Shown: positions 36,227 to 51,200 of the stretch, piece after piece
How the letters are laid out: each line of letters begins with the position of its first letter
Numbering within the stretch: position 1 is the stretch's first letter
Assembly: GCA_964016885.1 (NCBI GenBank)
Contig: OZ024743.1
Location: 254,696,001-254,760,000 of the forward strand
Length of the DNA: 64,000 nt
Reading direction: 5' to 3'
Origin: Eledone cirrhosa
Taxonomy: Eukaryota
The notes under the pieces: generated by a model
Databases searched by the model: none
The model's input: the letters and a program-made list of their open reading frames with translations, nothing else
What the model was told of the DNA's origin: nothing
Position numbers and translations under genes: made by a program

Positions 36227-39200
36227 TGGGTGGTGATAATTATGTTGATGTAGGGGTGGTGGTCACATTGTTTATGTAGGGGGCAACATTGTTGATGTAG
36301 AGAGGGGTGGTGATAACATTGTTGATGTAGGGGTGGTGGTAACATTGTTGATGTATGGGTGTGGATAACATTGTTGATGTAGAGGTGGTGGTAACATAGT
36401 TGATGAAGGGGGGGATAACATTGTTGATGTATGGAGGGGTGGTGATAACATTGTTGATGTAGGAGTGGTGGTAACATTGCTGATGTAAGGATGGTGATGC
36501 ATTGTTGATGTAGGTGTGGTGGTAACATTGTTGATGTAGAGGTGGTGATAACATTGTTGATGTAGGGGTGGTTATAGCATTGTTGATGCAGGGGTGGTGA
36601 TAACATTGTTGATGTAGGGGTGGTGTTAACATTGTTGATGTAGGGGTGGTGATAACAATGTTGATGTAGGGGTGGTGATAACATTGTTGATGTAGGGGTG
36701 GTGATAACATTGTTGATGTAGGGGTGGTGATAACATTGTTGATGTAGGGGTGGTGGTAACATTGTTGATGTAGGGATGGTGATAACATTGTTGATGTAGG
36801 GGTGGTGGTAACATAGTTGTTGTAGGGATGGTGATAACATTGTTGATGTAGGGGTGGTGATAACATTGTTGATGTAAGGATTGTGATAACATTGTTGATG
36901 TAGGGGTGGTGGTAACATTGTTGATGTAGGAATGTTGATAACATTGCTGATGTAGTGGTGGTGGTAACATTGTTGATGTAGGGATGGTGATAGCATTGTT
37001 GATGTAGGGAGGGGTGGTGATAACATTGTTGATGTAGTGGTGGTGGTAACATTGTTGATGTAGGGATGGTGATAACATTGTTGATGTAGGGGTGGTGGTA
37101 ACATAGTTGTTGTAGGGATGGTGATAACATTGTTGATGTAGGATTGGTGATAACATTGTTGATGTAGGGATGGTGATACATTGTTGATGTAGGGTGGTGG
37201 TAACATTGTTGATGTAGGGGTGGTGATAACATTGTTGATGTAGGAGTGGTGGTAACATAGTTGATGTAGGGAGGGCTGGTGATAACATTGTTGATGTAGG
37301 GGTGGTGATAACATTGTTGATGTAGGGGGGGGGGTAACGTTGTTGATGTAGGGGTGGTGGTAACATTGTTGATGTAGGGATGGTGATAACATTGTTGATG
37401 TAGGGTGGTGGTAACAACGTTAATATAGGGATGGTGATAACATTGTTGATGTAGGGATGGTGGTAACATTGTTGATGTAGGGATGGTGGTAACATTGTTG
37501 ATGTAGTCGTGGTGATAACATTGTTGATGTAGGGAGGGGTGGTGATAATATTGTTGATGTAGGGGTGGTGATAACATTGTTGATGTAGGGGGTGGTAACA
37601 TTGTTGATGTAGGGGCGGGTAACATTGTTGATGTAGGGATGGTGGTAATATTGTTGATGTAGGGTGGGGGGTAAGGTTGTTGATGTAGGGGTGGTGATAA
37701 CATTGCTGATGTAGGGGTGGTGATAAAATTGTTGATGTGAGAGTGGTGGTAACATTGTTGATGTAGGGATGGTGATAACATTGTTGATGTAGGGATGGTG
37801 ATAACATTGTTGATGTAGGGGTGGAGGTAACATTGTTGATGTAGGAATGTTGATAACATTGTTGATGTAGGGATGGTGATAACATTGTTGATGTAGGAGG
37901 GTAACATTGTTGATGTAGCGGTGCTGATACCATTGTTGATATAAGGGGATAATATTGATGATGTAGGGATGGTGATAACATTGTTGATGTAGGGGTGGTG
38001 GTAACATTGTTGATGTAGGGATGGTGATAAGATTGTTTATGTATGGGTGGTGATAATAATGTTGATGTAGGGGTGGTGGTAACATTGTTGATGTAGGGGT
38101 GGTGGTAACATTGTTGATGTATGGGTGGTGATAACATTGTTGATGTAGAGGTGGTGGTAACATAGTTGATGTAGCGTGGTGATAACATTGTTGATGAAGG
38201 GCGAGGTAACATTGTTGATGTATGGAGGGGTGGTGATAACATTGTTGATGTAGGAGTGGTTGTAACATTGCTGATGTAGGGATGGTGATGCATTGTTGAT
38301 GTAGGTGTGGTGGTAACATTGTTGATGTAGGGGTGGTGATAACATTGTTGATGTAGGGGTGGTTATAGCATTTTTGATGCAGGGGTGGTGATAACATTGT
38401 AGATGTAGGGGTGGTGATAACATTGTTGATGTAGGGCTGGTGATAACATTGTTGATGTAGGGGTGGTGATAACATTGTTGATGTAGGGAGGGGTGGTGAT
38501 AACATTGTTGATGTAGTGGTGGTGGTAACATTGTTGATGTAGGGATGGTGATAACATTGTTGATGTAGGGGTGGTGGTAACATAGTTGTTGTAGGGATGG
38601 TGATAACATTGTTGATGTAGGATTGGTGATGACATTGTTGATGTAGGGATGGTGATACATTGTTGATGTAGGGTGGTGGTAACATTGTTGATGTAGGGGT
38701 GGTGATAACATTGTTGATGTAGGAGTGGTGGTAACATAGTTGATGTAGGGAGGGCTGGTGATAACATTGTTGATGTAGGGCTGGTGATAACATTGTTGTT
38801 GTAGGGGGGGGTAACATTGTTGATGTAGGGGTGGTGGTAACATTGTTGATGTAGGGATGGTGATAACGTTGTTGATGTAGGGGTGGTCATAACATTGTTG
38901 ATGTAGGGGTAGTGGTAACATTGTTGATGTAAGGATGGTGATAACATTGTTGATGTAGGGGTGGTGATAATATTGTTGATGTAGGGCTGGTGATAACATT
39001 GTTGATGTAGGGATGGTGATAACATTGTTGATGCAGGGGTGGTGATAACATTGTTGATGTAGGGGTGGTGATAACATTGTTGATGTAGGCGTGGTGGTAA
39101 CATTGTTGAAGTAGGGATGGTGATAACATTGTTGATGTAGGGATTGTGATAACATTGTTGATGTAGGGGTGGTGGTAACATTGTTGATGTAGGAATGTTG

Positions 39201-42200
39201 ATAACATTGTTGATGTAGGGATGGTGATAACATTGTTGATGTAGGGGGTAACATTGTTGATGTAGCTGTGCTGATACCATTGTTGATGTAAGGGGGTAAC
39301 ATTGTTGATGTAGGGAGGGGTGGTAACATTGTTGATGTAGGGGTGGTGGTAACATTGTTGATGTAGGGAGGGATTATGATAAAATTGTTGATGTAGGGAT
39401 GGTGGTAACATTGTTGATGTAGGGATGGTGATAACATTGTTGATGTAGGGGTGGTGGTAACATTGTTGATATAGGGATGGTGATAACATTGTTGATGTAG
39501 GGATGGTGGTAACATTGTTGATGTAGGGATGGTTGTAACATTGCTGATGTAGGGGTGGTGATAACATTGTTGATGTAGAGATGGTGATAACATTGTTGAT
39601 GTAGGAGTGGTGATAACATTGTTGATGTAGGGGTGGTGGTAACTTTGTTGATGTAGGGGGGGTAACATTGTTGATGTAGGGATGGTGGTGACATTGTTGA
39701 TGTAGGGGTGGTGGTAATATTGTTGATGTAGTGGGGGGTAAGGTTGTTGATGTAGGGGTGGTGATAACATTGTTGATGTAGGGGGGCGTAACATTGTTGA
39801 TATAGGGAAGGGTGGTGGTAACATTGTTGATGTAGGGGTGGTGGTAACATTGTTGATATAGGGATGGTGATAACATTGTTGATGTAGGGATGGTGATAAT
39901 ATTGTTGATGTAGGGGTGGTGATAACATGTTGATGTCGGGATGGTGATAACATCGTTTATGTAGGGGGGTAACATTGTTGATGTAGGAGTGGTGGTAACA
40001 TTGTTGATGTAGAGATGGTGATACATTGTTGATGTAGGGGTGGTGATAACATTGTTGATGTAGGGGTGGTGATAACATTGTTGATGTAGGGGTGGTGGTA
40101 ACATTGTTGATGTAGGAATGGTGATAACATTGTTGATGTAGGGATGGTGATAACATTGTTGATGTAGGGGTGGTGATAATATTGTTGATGTAGGGCTGGT
40201 GATAACATTGTTGATGTAGGGATGGTGATAACATTGTTGATGTAGGGGTGGTGATAACATTGTTGATTTGGGGTGGTGATAACATTGTTGATGTAGTGGT
40301 GGTGATAACATTGTTGATGTAGGGATGGTGATAACATTGTTGATGTAGGGATGGTGATAACATTGTTGATGTAGGGGGGTAACATTGTTGCTGTAGCTGT
40401 GCTGATAACATTGTTGATGTAAGGGGGTTACATTGTTGATGTAGTGGTGGTGGTAACTTTGTTGATGCAGGGATGGTGATAACATTGTTGACGTGAGGGT
40501 GGTGATAACGTTGTTGATGTAGGGGTGGTGGTAACATTGTTGATATAGGGATGGTGATAACATTGTTGATGTAGTGATGGTGATAATATTGTTGATGTAG
40601 GGGTGGTGATAACATGTTGATGTCGCGATGGTGATAACATCGTTTATGTAGGGGTGGGTTAACATTGTTGATGTAGGAGTGGTGGTAACATTGTTGATGT
40701 AGAGATGGTGATACATTGTTGATGTAGGGGTGGTGATAACATTGTTGATGTAGGGGTGGTGTTAACATTGTTGATGTAGGGATGGTGATAACATTGTTGA
40801 TGTAGGGATGGTGATAACATTGTTGATGTAGGGGTGGTGGTAACATTGTTGATGTAGGAATGTTGATAACATTGTTGATGTACGGATGGTGATAACATTG
40901 TTGATGTAGGGGGTAACATTGTTGATGTAGCGGTGCTGATACCATTGTTGATGTAGTGATGGTGATAAGATTGTTTATGTATGGGTGGTGATAATAATGT
41001 TGATGTAGGGGTGGTGGTGACATTGTTTATGTAGGGGGTTAACATTGTCGATGTAGAGAGGGATGGTGATAACATTGTTGATATAGGGGTGGTGATAACA
41101 TTGTTGATATAGGGGTGGTGGTAACATTGTTGATGTATGGGTGGTGATAACATTGTTGATGTAGAGGTGGTGGTAACATAGTTGATGAAGGGGTGGGGGT
41201 AACATTGTTGATGTATGGAGGGGTGGTGATAACATTGTTGATGTAGGAGTGGTGGTAACACAGCTGATGTAGGGATGGTGATGCATTGTTGATGTAGGGG
41301 TGGTGATAACATTGTTGATGTAGGGGTGGTTATAGCATTGTTGATGCAGGGGTGGTGTTAACATTGTTGATGTAGGGGTGGTGTTAACATTGTTGATGTA
41401 GGGGTGGTGATAACATTGTTGATGTAGGACTGGTGATAACATTGTTGATGTAGGGGTGGTGATAACATTGTTGATGTAGGGGTGGTGATAACATTGTTGA
41501 TATAGGGAGGGGTGGTGATAACATTGTTGATGTAGGGGTGGTGGTAACATTGTTGATGTAGGGATGGTGATAACATTGTTGATGTAGGGGTGGTGATAAC
41601 ATTGTTGATGTAGGGGTGGTGGTAACATTGTTGATGTAGGAATGGTGATAACATTGTTGATGTAGGGATGGTGATAACATTGTTGATGTAGGGGTGGTGA
41701 TAATATTGTTGATGTAGGGCTGGTGATAACATTGTTGATGTAGGGATGGTGATAACATTGTTGATGTAGGGGTGGTGATAACATTGTTGATTTGGGGTGG
41801 TGATAACATTGTTGATGTAGTGGTGGTGATAACATTGTTGATGTAGGGATGGTGATAACATTGTTGATGTAGGGATGGTGATAACATTGTTGATGTAGGG
41901 GGGTAACATTGTTGCTGTAGCTGTGCTGATAACATTGTTGATGTAAGGGGGTTACATTGTTGATGTAGTGGTGGTGGTAACTTTGTTGATGCAGGGATGG
42001 TGATAACATTGTTGACGTGAGGGTGGTGATAACGTTGTTGATGTAGGGGTGGTGGTAACATTGTTGATATAGGGATGGTGATAACATTGTTGATGTAGTG
42101 ATGGTGATAATATTGTTGATGTAGGGGTGGTGATAACATGTTGATGTCGCGATGGTGATAACATCGTTTATGTAGGGGTGGGTTAACATTGTTGATGTAG

Positions 42201-45200
42201 GAGTGGTGGTAACATTGTTGATGTAGAGATGGTGATACATTGTTGATGTAGGGGTGGTGATAACATTGTTGATGTAGGGGTGGTGTTAACATTGTTGATG
42301 TAGGGATGGTGATAACATTGTTGATGTAGGGATGGTGATAACATTGTTGATGTAGGGGTGGTGGTAACATTGTTGATGTAGGAATGTTGATAACATTGTT
42401 GATGTACGGATGGTGATAACATTGTTGATGTAGGGGGTAACATTGTTGATGTAGCGGTGCTGATACCATTGTTGATGTAGTGATGGTGATAAGATTGTTT
42501 ATGTATGGGTGGTGATAATAATGTTGATGTAGGGGTGGTGGTGACATTGTTTATGTAGGGGGTTAACATTGTCGATGTAGAGAGGGATGGTGATAACATT
42601 GTTGATATAGGGGTGGTGATAACATTGTTGATATAGGGGTGGTGGTAACATTGTTGATGTATGGGTGGTGATAACATTGTTGATGTAGAGGTGGTGGTAA
42701 CATAGTTGATGAAGGGGTGGGGGTAACATTGTTGATGTATGGAGGGGTGGTGATAACATTGTTGATGTAGGAGTGGTGGTAACACAGCTGATGTAGGGAT
42801 GGTGATGCATTGTTGATGTAGGGTCGGTGATAACATTGTTGATGTAGGGGTGGTTATAGCATTGTTGATGCAGGGGTGGTGTTAACATTGTTGATGTAGG
42901 GGTGGTGTTAACATTGTTGATGTAGGGGTGGTGATAACATTGTTGATGTAGGACTGGTGATAACATTGTTGATGTAGGGGTGGTGATAACATTGTTGATG
43001 TAGGGGTGGTGATAACATTGTTGATATAGGGAGGGGTGGTGATAACATTGTTGATGTAGGGGTGGTGGTAACATTGTTGATGTAGGGATGGTGATAACAT
43101 TGTTGATGTAGGGGTGGTGGTAACATAGTTGTTGTAGGGATGGTGATAACATTGTTGATGTAGGATTGGTGATAACATTGTTGATGTAGGGATGGTGATA
43201 CATTGTTGATGTAGGGTGGTGGTAACATTGTTGATGTAGGGGTGGTGATAATATTCTTGCAGTAGGAGTGGTGGTAACATAGTTGATGTAGGGAGGGCTG
43301 GTGATAACATTGTTGATGTAGGTGTGGTGATAACATTGTTGATGTAGGGGGAGTAACATTGTTGATGTAGGGGTGGTGGTAACATTGTTGATGTAGGGAT
43401 GGTGATAACATTGTTGATGTAGGGTGGTGGTAACATTGTTGATGTAGGGGTGCTGATAACATTGTTGATATATGGGTGGTGGTAACATAGTTGATGTAGG
43501 GAGGGCTGGTGATAACATTGTTGATGTAGGGGGGTAACATTGTTGATGTAGGGAGGGCTTATGATAAAATTGTTGATGTAGGGATGGTGGTAACATTGTT
43601 GATGTAGGGATGGTGATAACATTGTTGATGTAGGGAGGGGTGGTGATAACATTGTTGATGTAGGGGTGGTGATAACATTGTTGATGTAGGGGTAGTGATA
43701 ACATTGTTGATGTAGGGGTGGTGGTAACATTTTTGATGTAAGGATGGTGATAACATTGTTGATGTAGGGGTGGTGATAATATTGTTGATGTAGCGCTGGT
43801 GATAACATTGTTCATGTAGGGATGGTGATAACATTGTTGATGTAGGGGTGGTGATAACATTGTTGATTTGGGGTGGTGATAACATTGTTGATGTAGGGGT
43901 GGGGATAACATTGTTTATGTAGTGATGGTGATAACATTGTTGGTGTAGGGATGGTGATAACATTGTTGATGTAGGGGGGTAACATTGTTGCTGTAGCTGT
44001 GCTGATACCATTGTTGATGTAAGGGGGTAACATTGTTGATGTAGGGGTGGTGGTAACATTGTTGATGTAGGGACGGATTATGATAAAGTTGTTGATGTAG
44101 GGATGGTGGTAACATTGTTGATGTAGGGGTGGTGGTAACATTGTTGATGTAGGGAGGGATTATGATAAAGTTGTTGATGTAGGGATGGTGGTAACATTGT
44201 TGATGTAGGGATGGTGATAACATTGTTGATGTAGGGGCGGTGGTAACATTGTTGATATAGGGGTGGTGATAACATTGTTGATGTAGGGATGGTTGTAACA
44301 TTGTTGATGTAGGGGTGGTGATAACATTGTTAATGTAGGGATGGTGATAACATTGTTGATATAGGGATGGTGATTACATTGTTGATGTAGGGTGGTGGTA
44401 ACATTGTTGATATAGGAATGTTGATAACATTGTTGATGTAGGGATGGTGATAACATTGTTGATGTAGGGGTAACATTGTTGATGTAGGGATGGTAGTAAC
44501 ATTGTTGATGTAGGGGTGGTGGTAATATTGTTGATGTAGGGGGGGGGTAAGGTTGTTGATGTAGGGGTGGTGATAACATTGTTGATGTAGGGGGGGGCGT
44601 AACGTTGTTGATATAGGGAAGGGTGGTGGTAACATTGTTGAGGTAGTGGTGGTGGTAACTTTGTTGATGCAGGGATGGTGATAACATTGTTGATATAGGG
44701 ATGGTGATAACATTGTTGATGTAGAGATGGTGATAATATTGTTGATGTAGGGGTGGTGATAACATGTTGATGTCGGGATGGTGATAACATCGTTTATGTA
44801 GGGGGGGGTTAACATTGTTGATGTAGGAGTGGTGGTAACATTGTTGATGTAGAGATGGTGATACATCGTTGATGTAGGGGTGGTGGTAACATTGTTGATG
44901 TAGGGATGGTGATAACATTGTTGATGTAGGGGTGGTGATAACATTGTTGATGTAGGGGTGGTGATAACATTGTTGATGTAGGGGTGGTGGTAACATTGTT
45001 GATGTAGGGATGGTGATAACATTGTTGATGTAGGGATGGTGAAAACATTGTTGATGTAGGGGTGGTGGTAACATTGTTGATGTAGGAATGTTGATAACGT
45101 TGTTGATGTACGGATGGTGATAACATTCTTGATGTAGGGGGGTAACATTTTTGATGTAGCAGTGCTGATACCATTGTTGATGTAGGGGGATAATATTAAA

Positions 45201-48200
45201 TGATGTAGGGATGGTGATAACATTGTTGATGTAGGGGTGGTGTTAACATTGTTGATGTAGGGATGGTGATAAGATTATTTATGTATGGGTGGTGATAATA
45301 ATGTTGATGTAGGGGTGGTGGTGACATTGTTTATGTAGGGGGTTAACATTGTTGTAGAGAGTGATGGTGATAACATTGTTGATATAGGGGTGGTGATAAC
45401 ATTGTTGATGTAGGGGTGGTGGTAACATTGTTGATGTATGGGTGGTGATAACATAGTTGATGTAGAGGTGGTGGTAACATAGTTGATGAAGGGGTGGGGG
45501 TAACATTGTTGATGTATGGAGGGGTGGTGATAACATTGTTGATGTAGAGGTGGTGGTAACATAGTTGATGTAGGGACGGTGATGCATTGTTGATGTAGGT
45601 GTGGTGGTAACATTGTTGATGTAGGGGTGGTGATAAAATTGTCGATGTAGGGGTGGTTATAGCATTGTTGATGCACGGGTGGTGATAACATTGTTGATGT
45701 AGGGGTGGTGTTAACATTGTTGATGTAGGGGTGGTGATAACATTGTTGATGTAGGGCTGGTGATAACATTGTTGATGTAGGGGTGGTGATAACATTGTTG
45801 ATGTAGGGGTGGTGATAACATTGTTGATGTAGGGAGGGGTGGTGATAACATTGTTGATGTAGGGGTGGTGGTAACATTGTTGATGTAGGGATGGTGATAA
45901 TATTGTTGACGTAGGGGTGGTGGTAACATAGTTGTTGTAGGGTTGGTGATAACACTGTTGATGTAGGATTGGTGATAACATTGTTGATGTAGGGATGGTG
46001 ATACATTGTTGATGTAGGTTGGTGGTAACATTGTTGATGTAGGGGTGGTGATAATATTCTTGATGTAGGAGTGGTGGTAACATAGTTGATGTAGGGAGGG
46101 CTGGTGATAACATTGTTGATGTAGGCGTTGTGATAACATTGTTGATGTAGGGGGGGTAACATTGTTGATATAGGGGTGTTGGTAACATTGTTGATGTAGG
46201 GATGGTGATAACATTGTTGATGTAGGGTGGTGGTAACATTGTTGATGTAGGGGTGGTGATAACATTGTTGATGTATGGGTGGTGGTAACATAGTTGATGT
46301 AGGGGTGGTGATAACATTGTTGATGTAAGGATGGTGATAACATTGTTGATGTAGGGGTGGTGATAATATTGTTGGTGTAGGGCTGGTGATAACATTGTTG
46401 ATGTAGGGATGGTGATAACATTGTTGATGTAGGGGTGGTGATAACATTGTTGATGTAAGGATGGTGATAATATTGTTGATGTAGGGGTGGTGATAATATT
46501 GTTGGTGTAGGGCTGGTGATAACATTGTTGATGTAGGGATGGTGATAACATTGTTGATGTAGGGGTGGTGATAACATTGTTGATGTAGGAGTGGTGGTAA
46601 CATAGTTGATTTAGGGAGGGCTGGTGATAACATTGTTGATGTAGGTGTGGTGATAACATTGTTGATGTAGGGGGGAGTAACATTGTTGATGTAGGGGTGG
46701 TGGTAACATTGTTGATGTAGGGATGGTGATAACATTGTTGATGTAGGCTGGTGGTAACATTGTTGATGTAGGGGTGGTGATAACATTGTTGATGTATGGG
46801 TGGTGGTAAAATAGTTGATGTAGGGAGGGCTGGTGATAACATTGTTGATGTAGGGAGGGGTTATGATAAAATTGTTGATGTAGGGATGGTGGTAACATCG
46901 TTGATGTAGGGATGGTGATAACATTGTTGATGTAGGGAGGGGTGGTAATAAAATTGTTGATGTAGGGGTGGTGATAACATTGTTGATGTAGGGGTGGTGA
47001 TAACATTATTTATGTAGGGGTGGTGGTAACATTGTTGATGTAGGCATGGTGATAACATTGTTGATGTAGGGATGGTGATAACATTGTTGATGTAGGGGTG
47101 GTGGTACCATTGTTGATGTAGGAATGTTGATAACATTGTTGATGTAGGGATGGTGATAACATTGTTGATGTAAGGGGGTAACATTGTTGATGTAGAGATG
47201 GTGATACATCGTTGATGTAGGGGTGGTGGTAACATTGTTGATGTAGGGATGGTGATAACATTGTTGAAGTAGGGGTGGTGATAACATTGTTGATGTAGGG
47301 GTGGTGATAACATTGTTGATGTAGGGGTGGTGGTAACATTGTTGATGTAGGGATGGTGATAACATTGTTGATGTAGGGATGGTGAAAACATTGTTGATGT
47401 AGGGGTGGTGGTAACATTGTTGATGTAGGAATGTTGATAACGTTGTTGATGTACGGATGGTGATAACATTGTTGATGTAGGGGGGTAACATTTTTGATGT
47501 AGCAGTGCTGATACCATTGTTGATGTAGGGGGATAATATTAAATGATGTAGGGATGGTGATAACATTGTTGATGTAGGGGTGGTGTTAACATTGTTGATG
47601 TAGGGATGGTGATAAGATTATTTATGTATGGGTGGTGATAATAATGTTGATGTAGGGGTGGTGGTGACATTGTTTATGTAGGGGGTTAACATTGTTGTAG
47701 AGAGTGATGGTGATAACATTGTTGATATAGGGGTGGTGATAACATTGTTGATGTAGGGGTGGTGGTAACATTGTTGATGTATGGGTGGTGATAACATAGT
47801 TGATGTAGAGGTGGTGGTAACATAGTTGATGAAGGGGTGGGGGTAACATTGTTGATGTATGGAGGGGTGGTGATAACATTATTGATGTAGGAGTGGTGGT
47901 AACATTGCTGATGTAGGGATGGTGATGCATTGTTGATGTAGGGGTGGTGATAACATTGTTGATGTAGGGGTGGTGATAACATTGTTGATGTAGGGGTGGT
48001 GATAACATTGTTGATGTAGGGGTGGTGATAATAATGTTGATGTAGGGGTGGTGTTAACATTGTTTATGTAGGGGGGTAAGATTGTTGATGTAGAGAGGGA
48101 TGGTGATAACATTGTTGATGTAGGGGTGGTGATAACATTGTTGATGTAGGGGTGGTGGTTACATTGTTGATGTATGGGTGGTGATAACATTGTTGATGTA

Positions 48201-51200
48201 GAGGTGGTGGTAACATAGTTGATGTAGGGATGGTGATGCATTGTTGATGTAGGTGTGGTGGTAACATTGTTGATGTAGGGGTGGTGATAAAATTGTCGAT
48301 GTAGGGGTGGTTATAGCATTGTTGATGCACGGGTGGTGATAACATTGTTGATGTAGGGGTGGTGTTAACATTGTTGATGTAGGGGTGGTGATAACATTGT
48401 TGATGTAGGGCTGGTGATAACATTGTTGATGTAGGGGTGGTGATAACATTGTTGATGTAGGGGTGGTGATAACATTGTTGATGTAGGGAGGGGTGGTGAT
48501 AACATTGTTGATGTAGGGGTGGTGGTAACATTGTTGATGTAGGGATGGTGATAATATTGTTGATGTAGGGGTGGTGGTAACATAGTTGTTGTAGGGTTGG
48601 TGATAACATTGTTGATGTAGGATTGGTGATAACATTGTTGATGTAGGGATGGTGATACATTGTTGATGTAGGTTGGTGGTAACATTGTTGATGTAGGGGT
48701 GGTGATAATATTCTTGATGTAGGAGTGGTGGTAACATAGTTGATGTAGGGAGGGCTGGTGATAACATTGTTGATGTAGGCGTTGTGATAACATTGTTGAT
48801 GTAGGGGGGGGGTAACATTGTTGATATAGGGGTGTTGGTAACATTGTTGATGTAGGGATGGTGATAACATTGTTGATGTAGGGTGGTGGTAACATTGTTG
48901 ATGTAGGGGTGGTGATAACATTGTTGATGTATGGGTGGTGGTAACATAGTTGATGTAGGGGTGGTGATAACATTGTTGATGTAAGGATGGTGATAACATT
49001 GTTGATGTAGGGGTGGTGATAATATTGTTGGTGTAGGGCTGGTGATAACATTGTTGATGTAGGGATGGTGATAACATTGTTGATGTAGGGGTGGTGATAA
49101 CATTGTTGATGTAAGGATGGTGATAATATTGTTGATGTAGGGGTGGTGATAATATTGTTGGTGTAGGGCTGGTGATAACATTGTTGATGTAGGGATGGTG
49201 ATAACATTGTTGATGTAGGGGTGGTGATAACATTGTTGATGTAGGAGTGGTGGTAACATAGTTGATTTAGGGAGGGCTGGTGATAACATTGTTGATGTAG
49301 GTGTGGTGATAACATTGTTGATGTAGGGGGGAGTAACATTGTTGATGTAGGGGTGGTGGTAACATTGTTGATGTAGGGGTGGTGGTAACATTGTTGATGT
49401 AGGGGTGGTGATAACATTGTTGATGTATGGGTGGTGGTAACATTGTTGATGTAGGGGTGGTGATAACATTGTTGATATATGGGTGGTGGTAAAATAGTTG
49501 ATGTAGGGAGGGCTGGTGATAACATTGTTGATGTAGGGAGGGGTTATGATAAAATTGTTGATGTAGGGATGGTGGTAACATTGTTGATGTAGGGATGGTG
49601 ATAACATTGTTGATGTAGGGAGGGGTGGTAATAAAATTGTTGATGTAGGGGTGGTGATAACATTGTTGATGTAGGGGTGGTGATAACATTATTTATGTAG
49701 GGGTGGTGGTAACATTGTTGATGTAGGCATGGTGATAACATTGTTGATGTAGGGATGGTGATAACATTGTTGATGTAGGGGTGGTGGTACCATTGTTGAT
49801 GTAGGAATGTTGATAACATTGTTGATGTAGGGATGGTGATAACATTGTTGATGTAAGGGGGTAACATTGTTGATGTAGAGATGGTGATACATCGTTGATG
49901 TAGGGGTGGTGGTAACATTGTTGATGTAGGGATGGTGATAACATTGTTGATGTAGGGGTGGTGATAACATTGTTGATGTAGGGGTGGTGATAACATTGTT
50001 GATGTAGGGGTGGTGGTAACATTGTTGATGTAGGGATGGTGATAACATTGTTGATGTAGGGATGGTGAAAACATTGTTGATGTAGGGGTGGTGGTAACAT
50101 TGTTGATGTAGGAATGTTGATAACGTTGTTGATGTACGGATGGTGATAACATTGTTGATGTAGGGGGATAATATTAAATGATGTAGGGATGGTGATAACA
50201 TTGTTGATGTAGGGGTGGTGTTAACATTGTTGATGTAGGGATGGTGATAAGATTATTTATGTATGGGTGGTGATAATAATGTTGATGTAGGGGTGGTGGT
50301 GACATTGTTTATGTAGGGGGTTAACATTGTTGTAGAGAGGGATGGTGATAACATTGTTGATATAGGGGTGGTGATAACATTGTTGATGTAGGGGTGGTGG
50401 TAACATTGTTGATGTATGGGTGGTGATAACATAGTTGATGTAGAGGTGGTGGTAACATAGTTGATGAAGGGGTGGGGGTAACATTGTTGATGTATGGAGG
50501 GGTGGTGATAACATTGTTGATGTAGGAGTGGTGGTAACATTGCTGATGTAGGGATGGTGATGCATTGTTGATGTAGGGGTGGTGATAACATTGTTGATGT
50601 AGGGGTGGTGATAACATTGTTGATGTAGGGGTGGTGATAACATTGTTGATGTAGGGGTGGTGATAATAATGTTGATGTAGGGGTGGTGTTAACATTGTTT
50701 ATGTAGGGGGGTAACATTGTTGATGTAGAGAGGGATGGTGATAACATTGTTGATGTAGGGGTGGTGATAACATTGTTGATGTAGGGGTGGTGGTAACATT
50801 GTTGATGTATGGGTGGTGATAATAATGTTGATGTAGGGGTGGTGTTAACATTGTTTATGTAGGGGGGTAACATTGTTGATGTAGAGAGGGATGGTGATAA
50901 CATTGTTGATGTAGGGGTGGTGATAACATTGTTGATGTAGAGGTGGTGGTAACATAGTTGATGTAGGGACGGTGATGCATTGTTGATGTAGGTGTGGTGG
51001 TAACATTGTTGATGTAGGGGTGGTGATAAAATTGTCGATGTAGGGGTGGTTATAGCATTGTTGATGCACGGGTGGTGATAACATTGTTGATGTAGGGGTG
51101 GTGTTAACATTGTTGATGTAGGGGTGGTGATAACATTGTTGATGTAGGGCTGGTGATAACATTGTTGATGTAGGGGTGGTGATAACATTGTTGATGTAGG

